A DNA stretch of 64,000 bases, from IMG/VR virus record IMGVR_UViG_3300044212_000089. One strand, given 5' to 3'. The position numbers and the translations under genes were made by a program. Below, one piece after another: positions 57,085-64,000 of the stretch (within the stretch, counting starts at the first letter, position 1; every line of letters begins with the position of its first letter). The notes under the pieces were generated by a model. The model was given only the letters and a program-made list of their open reading frames with translations, did no database searches and was not told where the DNA came from. This DNA is from an uncultured virus (IMG/VR IMGVR_UViG_3300044212_000089). Taxonomy: Duplodnaviria > Heunggongvirae > Uroviricota > Caudoviricetes.

Positions 57085-59439
57085 ATGCAGAAAATTGACA
57101 AAACAGACACGCTCAAAACAATCCTGAGTGGTCGCAAGTACACCGTCGATTATTTCCAGCGGGAATACCGGTGGGGGCAGAAGCAGATCGAGCAGATGCT
57201 CGCCGACTTCCAGAGCACATTTGAGGAATTTTATGATCCGGATGATCATGATACGCCGGAAGAAGTCATGAACTATGGCTTTTACTATATGGGATGCATT
57301 ATCTGTACTGGCGGTTCCGTAAAGAAAATCATCGATGGCCAGCAGCGTCTGACCTCGCTAACACTTCTCATCATCTATCTGAACAACCTGCAAAAAGAAA
57401 CTGTCAAGGATGAGAATCTCCTTGTCCCGCTGGATGACATGATCTATTCAAAGGCTTTCAGTAAGAAGAGCTTCAATATCGATGTGGCTGACCGTGGAAC
57501 TTGCATGCAGGCTCTATTGCAAAAAGATGAGACTTATGTGCCAGTGAATGAGAGCTCACAGAATATGCTTGACCGGTATCAGGACATAGAGGACATCTTC
57601 CCTGACGAGCTGAAGGAGGAAGCGCTTCCTTACTTTATTAACTGGCTGATAGAGAAGGTCCTCCTTCTGGAGATCGACACACCGTCTGACGACGAAGCAC
57701 ACACGATTTTCCTGACAATGAATGACCGAGGCCTGAGTCTGAACAGCGCCGAGATGATGAAGGCTTACATCATCCAGCAGGTTGAAGAAGCTGACCGCAT
57801 TGAGGTAAATCGGAAGTGGCAGGACAACATCAACCGTATCAAGAACGCTTCTTCTTACGATACGAGCGGCATGGTGAATACGCAGGACGTTGAATTCATC
57901 TCTATCTGGCTTCGCGCAAAATATGCCAATTCCCTGCGAGATACCAAGCGCGGCGCTAAAGATGAGGATTACGAACTTCTCGGCGACAAGTTCCATACCT
58001 GGGTACGCAACAACGCCCGGACGGCGATGGGCCTTGTAAAGCCGAAGGACTACAAGGAATTTGTTCTCACTGAAATGACACGTGTCACTGATATCTATCT
58101 TCGGATGAAAGGCTATGGCAGCAAGCTGACGCCCGGATATGAAGAGGTCTTCTACAATGCAAACCGCGACCTGACCTACCAGACCATGCTTGCCATCGCT
58201 GCCATTAAAAATGACGACACGGACGACATCGTACAGAAGAAAATACAGATGACCGCAAAGTTCGTGGACGACTTTGCCACCATCCGAATCCTGAATTTCA
58301 AGAAGGTTAACTGGAACACGAATAAGTATTTGCTGTTTCATGCGATGCAGGATATCCGCAATGAGGACTGTAAGACGATCGGCATGGTCTATGTCCGTAC
58401 ACTCCGCCGTATGGACGTGACCGTCGAGGGAATCACCAGGTTCAGTCTGAACCGGTTCTCCGGACGTTACATGCTTCACATCCTCGCGCGCTTCACTTCC
58501 TATGTGAATGTGCTGATGGGCAATCCGTCGCATTTCGAGGAGTACGTTGACCGCAAGCGTCAGGGAAACACTTACGATATTGAGCATATCCTTCCGGACA
58601 AGTACGAGGACTACGAGGACAGCTTCACCGACTACGAGGATTTCGAATCCACCAGGAATCAGATCGGAAACCTGATCCTGCTCACCCGAGACAAGAACAG
58701 AAGCTATCAGGCAATGAAATACTCCGAGAAGGTCCAGAAGTACATGGGAGACAACATCCTTGCTCAGGCGTTGAACGACACAGCTTACACGAACAATCCG
58801 AAATTCCTCACGGTCGTTAACGAGTACGGCTTTCATGCGATTCCTGACTTCAGTAAGCAAAGCATCGCAGACCGGGCTGAGATCTATCTGAGAATGGCAA
58901 GTGACATCTGGAATCCGGATGCCATTAAGGAAATCGTTGGTGGATGGGCCGATGACGATGAGAAGGACTTCTTCAAGAACGAGAAGGGCCGTGAATTTAC
59001 AGTCGGCTATGCAGAAAGAAGCTGGCCAGACGCGCTGAAATACGGATTCCTGTCCGCGAACCTTGGCGGCAGCGGGAAATCTATTTATAACGTTCAGGTC
59101 GGAGACACGGTTTATTGCCATATCGCTGGATATGGCTTTGTAGGTATTGGCGAATGCACATCAACCGCTGTGCCGATGAAGAACTTCAAGGTGATGGTCG
59201 ACGGCACTTCAACTCCTGTTGCAGACGCGCCGTGGGAATCCGAGGAATCCAAGGAGAAACTCGATCCCAACAAGGAAGTATTTATCGGAGTTGCATGGAA
59301 GAAATATGTGACGGATATTAATGGTGGCTACTGGGAGAAGGGAATGACGACAGTCCCGCTTGTAGCCTACATGCTTAATGATAAGACGACGCATCAGAAG
59401 GTCAGAGATCATTTCGGATACACCGACAGTGCCGATTAA
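57085..59439 (+). CDS. DUF262/DUF1524 GmrSD-like nuclease with extra C-terminal domain
   Basis: FQREYRW, IDGQQRLT, MNDRG, IEHILP, IGNLILL. Confidence 0.88.
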   Translation: MQKIDKTDTLKTILSGRKYTVDYFQREYRWGQKQIEQMLADFQSTFEEFYDPDDHDTPEEVMNYGFYYMGCIICTGGSVKKIIDGQQRLTSLTLLIIYLNNLQKETVKDENLLVPLDDMIYSKAFSKKSFNIDVADRGTCMQALLQKDETYVPVNESSQNMLDRYQDIEDIFPDELKEEALPYFINWLIEKVLLLEIDTPSDDEAHTIFLTMNDRGLSLNSAEMMKAYIIQQVEEADRIEVNRKWQDNINRIKNASSYDTSGMVNTQDVEFISIWLRAKYANSLRDTKRGAKDEDYELLGDKFHTWVRNNARTAMGLVKPKDYKEFVLTEMTRVTDIYLRMKGYGSKLTPGYEEVFYNANRDLTYQTMLAIAAIKNDDTDDIVQKKIQMTAKFVDDFATIRILNFKKVNWNTNKYLLFHAMQDIRNEDCKTIGMVYVRTLRRMDVTVEGITRFSLNRFSGRYMLHILARFTSYVNVLMGNPSHFEEYVDRKRQGNTYDIEHILPDKYEDYEDSFTDYEDFESTRNQIGNLILLTRDKNRSYQAMKYSEKVQKYMGDNILAQALNDTAYTNNPKFLTVVNEYGFHAIPDFSKQSIADRAEIYLRMASDIWNPDAIKEIVGGWADDDEKDFFKNEKGREFTVGYAERSWPDALKYGFLSANLGGSGKSIYNVQVGDTVYCHIAGYGFVGIGECTSTAVPMKNFKVMVDGTSTPVADAPWESEESKEKLDPNKEVFIGVAWKKYVTDINGGYWEKGMTTVPLVAYMLNDKTTHQKVRDHFGYTDSAD

Positions 59440-59614
59440 ACCTTTCAACGATAGCCATACTTTTTAACGATTGCAGAATGGGGGTGTCGCTTTTGACCAC
59501 AGAAGCCACGGCAACATATACATACAGGGCCACAGACGCGATCCCGCTCTATGCCCTGAAAAGCAGAAAAGCCCAGAAACAGCATGGTTTCCGGGCTAAC
59601 AGCACGTACGGGCA

Positions 59615-59665
59615 TTGTATCAAAGATGAGGTCTTGATAGACCCTTGTTGCGGATCCGGCGCATT
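59615..59665. other. attR (phage arm 59615-59639; core GA at 59640-59641)
   Basis: TTGTATCAAAGATGAGGTCTTGATA mirrors the attL arm; followed by GAC CCT TGT TGC GGA TCC GGC. Confidence 0.85.
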
Positions 59666-60563
59666 TCTAGTAAGAGCTATGACTGATGCAATGGATGATT
59701 GCGACACAGATTTTGAACGCCGCCATGTCAAAGAACATCAAATTTATGGCATCGAATATGAAGAGGGCGCTTTCGGGCTTTCATCTACCAACATGCTTAT
59801 TCATGGAGATGGAAACAGTAATGTCGTTAAAGATTCCATGTTTAACAGAGGAGACTGGATTCGTAATAAAAATATAGACATCGTGCTTATGAATCCTCCT
59901 TATAATGCCACGAAGAATCAATGTGACCCAACTTATGTGAGGAAATGGAACTCCAAAAAGAAAGCTTCCGATCCCTCAAAAGGTTTCCACTATGTAGAGT
60001 GGGTAGCTCGACAGATCTCTACGAATGCAAAAGGAGGAGACGTTCCTACACATTGCCGTATGGCGGTGCTTCTTCCAATGCAATGCGCGATTGGTAATTC
60101 TACCGCAGTAAAAGATTTCAAAAAAAAGATGCTGAGCCATTATACCCTTGACGCCGTGTTTTCATTGCCAACAGAAGTATTTTATCCTGGTGCGTCAGCC
60201 GTTGCCTGCTGTATGATCTTTGACCTATCCCAAAAACATGAGCGAGCCGATCGAGACACTTTCTTCGGGTATTTTAAAAATGATGCTTTCATAAAACGAA
60301 AGGGAGTTGGACGTGTCGAGACGACGGATGAAAGCGGGAAAAGCAACTGGGAAGGAATTGAGCGAGAGTGGCTGTGGCTATATCGAAACAGATGTTCGAA
60401 ACCAGGTTTGTCAATTACCCATAAAGTGGGATGGGACGATGAATGGCTCGCCGAAGCATACATGCAAACCGATTACAGCACTCTTTCCATTTCTGATTTT
60501 CAACAAACAGTGAATGACTATGTAGCATACCTTGTGCAAGAAGGTAAAATTTATGAAGATTAA
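59640..60563 (+). pseudogene. C-terminal half of an N6-adenine methyltransferase, BcgIA-like
   Basis: Begins at DPCCGSG; IYGIE...NMLIHGDG, MNPPY, EWLAEAYMQTDY. Confidence 0.8.
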
Positions 60564-61053
60564 TATAGATGGATGGCTGGAATACACATTTGATTATCTT
60601 TTCCGCATCAAAAAGGGCAAGCGCCTTATCAAGGAGGATATGACTCCAGGGCCGTATAACTATTTAGGCGCGATAAGCTCAAATAACGGGGTGAGAGACC
60701 ATATTCTGGTAGAGACCAAATCGCTTTTCCCTGAAAACTGTATAACGGTTAATTACAATGGAAGCGTCGGAGAAGCCTTCTACCAGTCTGAGCCTTTCTG
60801 GCCATCTGACGACGTCAATATATTATACGCAAGAGATTGGTGGTCATTGGATCCCACACTTGCAATGTTCATAATCACCGTGATAAAGGCAAACAAATAT
60901 AAATTCGATTATGGTCGAAAGTGGACAGTAGAAAAAATGAAGGATTCAACCCTTTTACTGCCAAGTAAAAATGGAGAGCCGGATTGGGATGCAATGAGAG
61001 AAATAATTCAAGCGCTACATAATCAAAGATTCCTAGAACAATCAGTCTCTTAA
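60553..61053 (+). CDS. Single-TRD RM specificity subunit
   Basis: W....LFRIKKGKRL, NNGV, YNGSVG.AFYQ, YGRKW, LLP...GEPDW; overlaps the MTase stop. Confidence 0.8.
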   Translation: MKINIDGWLEYTFDYLFRIKKGKRLIKEDMTPGPYNYLGAISSNNGVRDHILVETKSLFPENCITVNYNGSVGEAFYQSEPFWPSDDVNILYARDWWSLDPTLAMFIITVIKANKYKFDYGRKWTVEKMKDSTLLLPSKNGEPDWDAMREIIQALHNQRFLEQSVS

Positions 61054-61115
61054 ATCTTTTGCGTGCAAAGTCATGATCTTGAATCATCTCATCACGGAGT
61101 TCTATACTCAAAGTC

Positions 61116-61400
61116 ATGGCTTTGCATGTACAGTTAAATAGTTATCCAGAATGTTTCAAAACTTCATCTGTAGATTCATAAAAGAGTCTCAACTATGTAT
61201 TCGGTAAAAATGGAAGCGGGAAAAGCGCTCTGGCAAAAGAGCTTATTGAACAAAATGGGAATGAATATAAAGCTTATTTATACGATGGATCAGATGGAGT
61301 CATCAAAGATAAAGAGGGAAAGGATAAAGCAGGGCTGAATTGCATCCTTCTCGGCAAAAAGAACGTCAAAATTGATGGGCTCATCGAAGAGCAACAGCAA
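61116..61400 (+). pseudogene. ABC/AAA_13-type ATPase N-terminal remnant; not in the ORF track
   Basis: ATG 61116, in-frame TAA 61179, then NYVFGKNGSGKS Walker A; truncated at a compositional shift. Confidence 0.6.
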
Positions 61401-61548
61401 TGTAGAGCCGCGAAAAAACGCCGAAAAACGCATACGGGTACTAGCCGGCGCATACGGCGCACATGTCATTTTCAGAGCAATAAAGTATCGATTCCGCTCT
61501 TCCTCGATGCACGGGCGGCATGCGTTCGCCCGACGCATATGCCCGTAT

Positions 61549-62922
61549 ATGACCTTCTCCCTCCATGAGTACCAGCAGGAGGCCGTGCGCTTCGCCTTCC
61601 GATCCTTCCGGGCCAACGGCGGCGCCGGCCTGTTCCTGGATATGGGCCTTGGCAAGACCCTGAGCTCGATTGCGGTCATGGACATCGCCCACAGGCTGGA
61701 TCCATCCCTGCGCTTCCTGGTCGTCGCCCCGCTCCTTCCCGCATGGCAGACATGGCCCGACGAGCTGGAGAAGTTCGGGGACCTGCACTCCCTCGATTTC
61801 AGCGTCGCCTGCGGGCGGCGCATGACGGCGAAGCGGCGCATGAAGGCCATCGACGCGGGCGCGACGGTGACCATCATCAACCGGGAGAACCTGAGCTGGC
61901 TGGACGATGCCATGCCGCGCAAGTGGCCGTGGCGGGCGCTGGTCATCGACGAGCTGAGCTCGTACAAGAGCGCGAACACGAAGTCGTTCCGCGTATTGAA
62001 GCGCCATCGCGGCGGCTTCGACTGGGTGCTCGGGCTGACCGGCACGCCCGCGCCCAAAGGCCTGCTCGACCTGTACTCGGAGCTCTATCTGATCGACGGC
62101 GGGCAGGCCCTGGGCTCGACCCTGACCTCCTACCGCAACCGCTGGTTCCATGCCACGCGCTGGAGCGGGGACACGGTGATCGAGCGCGAGCCGAACCCGG
62201 GCGCCTATCGCGAGATCATGGATGCGATATCCCCCTCGTGCCTCACGATGCTGGCGCGGGACAAGCTGCCGAATCTGCCCCGAACCGTGGTCGTCGACCG
62301 CATGCTGGACATGCCCGGCGCCACGCGGGACGCCTACGACGAGTTTCGCCGCGAGATGGTCGTCGACCTGGGCGACGGGGACGTGTCTGCGGCGAACGCC
62401 GCGGTGCTCACGAACAAGCTCACCCAGTTCACCGCCGGGTGCCTGTACCCCGACGCGCAGGAGAATCCGGACGGAGAGGTAGTCCATCTGGACGACGCGA
62501 AGCTCGACGAGCTGGCGCGCGTCATCGAAGAGAATCCAGGGGAGCCGGTGCTGGTGTTTTATCAGTTCCAGGATGAACTCAGGCGCCTGAGAGAGCGGTG
62601 GCCGAACCTCAAGACGGTGAAGGATGCCGGGGTGTCCGAGGCGTGGAACGCGGGCGAGGTGCCGCTGCTCGTCGCGCACCCCGAGAGCGCGAAGTACGGC
62701 CTCAATCTGCAGAAGGGGGGCCATATCGTCGTATGGCTGACTTTGACATGGAGCGCGGAGTCCTACGCGCAGTCGAACGCCCGGCTGGCCCGGCAGGGGC
62801 AGAGCCGCCCCGTGCAGATCGTTCGACTGATCGAGCGCGAGAGCGTGGATGAGAGGAAGCGGGATGTGCTGGCGGGGCGTGCGGCATTGGAGAGCGCCGT
62901 CATGGAGGAGCTGAAGAAGTGA
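61549..62922 (+). CDS. SNF2-like phage helicase of a second element
   Basis: LHEYQ, DMGLGKT, DELSSYK, LTGTP, GLNLQ, ARLARQGQ; very high GC. Confidence 0.9.
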   Translation: MTFSLHEYQQEAVRFAFRSFRANGGAGLFLDMGLGKTLSSIAVMDIAHRLDPSLRFLVVAPLLPAWQTWPDELEKFGDLHSLDFSVACGRRMTAKRRMKAIDAGATVTIINRENLSWLDDAMPRKWPWRALVIDELSSYKSANTKSFRVLKRHRGGFDWVLGLTGTPAPKGLLDLYSELYLIDGGQALGSTLTSYRNRWFHATRWSGDTVIEREPNPGAYREIMDAISPSCLTMLARDKLPNLPRTVVVDRMLDMPGATRDAYDEFRREMVVDLGDGDVSAANAAVLTNKLTQFTAGCLYPDAQENPDGEVVHLDDAKLDELARVIEENPGEPVLVFYQFQDELRRLRERWPNLKTVKDAGVSEAWNAGEVPLLVAHPESAKYGLNLQKGGHIVVWLTLTWSAESYAQSNARLARQGQSRPVQIVRLIERESVDERKRDVLAGRAALESAVMEELKK

Positions 62923-62990
62923 TGCGAGACGCATGAGACGCGCGCCGTCTCGCGCGGCCCGGAGGTCGCACGAATGACCGTGCTCGAATC

Positions 62991-63017
62991 GGCTGCGCCT
63001 TGCGCAGCCTCTTTTTT
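62991..63017 (+). terminator. Intrinsic terminator
   Basis: GGCTGCGC-ctt-GCGCAGCC followed by a T-run. Confidence 0.7.
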
Positions 63018-63035
63018 CGGAAAGGAAGAATAGAC

Positions 63036-63407
63036 ATGGCGACGACACGCTACGTCATGACCATTGACGCACCGGAGGACGACCTCGAAGAGGATTTGCG
63101 GGAAGACCGCGACCTCAGGGAGGCGGTATATGATGCGCTGCCCGAGAGCGCCCATGTCCATTTCGTCGAGAGCGATGCGACGCAGCGCCCTGATGCCGCA
63201 TGGTTCCACCGTCTGTGCGCGTGGATATGCGAGAGCGAGTTCGAGGAGCTCTCCGACAAGGCATGGGGATGGTTCGCGCTCGCTATCGACAGGAGGTGGA
63301 GCAACGCGGATCTATGGAAAGCCGTCTACCGCGCGGAGGGCCGTCCAGAGGAGGTCGTCGCCGAGCTGGATGGCTATATCGGCAAGCATGCGGGCGAGGT
63401 GTTCTGA
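63036..63407 (+). CDS. Hypothetical acidic protein
   Basis: RBS AAAGGAAG; GC3-rich codons. Confidence 0.65.
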   Translation: MATTRYVMTIDAPEDDLEEDLREDRDLREAVYDALPESAHVHFVESDATQRPDAAWFHRLCAWICESEFEELSDKAWGWFALAIDRRWSNADLWKAVYRAEGRPEEVVAELDGYIGKHAGEVF

Positions 63408-63472
63408 CGAAAGCGGGACGCATTCCTCGGGCATAAGGCATCGTCATCAGCTACGAAAAAGGGAAACGAACA

Positions 63473-64000
63473 ATGATAATCACGAAAACAGAGCAGATTC
63501 TCGACGAAATGCGCGATTTCGTGCGCGAATATTTCGAGGAAGGGCGAAAGCCCTACGTGCTGAGGGAGCTAGACCGAGGGAATGCCTCTGTTTTCTTCGA
63601 TATGCTCGGATTCTGGTTCCCCAGCCAGAAGGGCTTCGCCTCTTTCACGCCCACGAAACCCAGTCAGCTCTCGGCGGGCGACACTGTGGTGCTGAGGGAC
63701 GGCAACCGCTACAAGGTATCCGATCCGCATCCTGCATATGGGAAAGAGAATCATATCAGCGTCAACGGAATGGTGAATGTCGCGGACGTCCCTTTCTCGG
63801 ACATAGCCTACGCGCTTCGTCCGGTGCATCCGCTCCCGACCGAGGACGGGCTGTACGGAATCGACATCGAGGGCGACCGGCAGGTATTCCAGCGCACGGA
63901 CGGCGCGTGGCGCCGCCTCGTGGACTCGGATGGCGGAATGGATGGATTCATGTTCGACGACGAGAAGGATCTGGTGCACAAGCTGGGCGACGCGCGGCTC
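63473..64000 (+). CDS. Hypothetical protein, runs off the window
   Basis: MIITKTEQILDEMRDF..., open to 64000; purine-rich RBS. Confidence 0.6.
   Translation, partial: MIITKTEQILDEMRDFVREYFEEGRKPYVLRELDRGNASVFFDMLGFWFPSQKGFASFTPTKPSQLSAGDTVVLRDGNRYKVSDPHPAYGKENHISVNGMVNVADVPFSDIAYALRPVHPLPTEDGLYGIDIEGDRQVFQRTDGAWRRLVDSDGGMDGFMFDDEKDLVHKLGDARL

Larger units (their letters stand above)
2868..59641. mobile_element. Prophage, siphovirus-type, serine-recombinase integrated, with defence cargo
   Basis: Integration, lysis, tail, head, packaging and replication modules on the minus strand, bounded by matching att arms inside methyltransferase genes. Confidence 0.93.

Noticed and set aside
48910..61053. 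hsdS shufflon between the two specificity genes
   Set aside because: Same orientation, apparently different RM types, and no shared recombination repeats noticed.
1089..61408. TGTAGAGC near both island edges as a target duplication
   Set aside because: Only 8 bp with no further support; plausible by chance.

Overview
The window opens in a high-GC, actinobacterial-looking background: the 3' part of an NADH oxidase gene and a decayed 5'-nucleotidase gene. It is dominated by an apparently complete ~56.8 kb siphovirus-type prophage (2868-59641) whose proteins look Firmicutes-like. The prophage encodes two large serine recombinases, a GH25 lysin and holin, a GH18 protein, tail and HK97-type head genes, terminase, a PolA-type replication module and a sigma-like regulator. 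Its ends can be read directly. attL splits a type I hsdM just before the SAM-binding motif (IEIY|), while attR is fused to the motif-I-onward half of what looks like a different, BcgI-like methyltransferase (|DPCCGSG). Excision would therefore make an in-frame chimeric methyltransferase. Next to attR the phage carries a defence island: type I RM, Hachiman-like hamA/hamB (hamB frameshifted) and a GmrSD-like nuclease. An IS3-family element (31200-33110) sits in the presumed cos/packaging region, and its OrfA begins with a peptide closely matching the N-terminus of the neighbouring small terminase. Two fixed-spacing repeated promoter classes, a 10-bp-phased repeat array, a structured leader and a candidate origin are visible. 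The right end holds a broken ATPase gene and the start of a second high-GC phage-like element. Family assignments come from motif recognition, not database searches.
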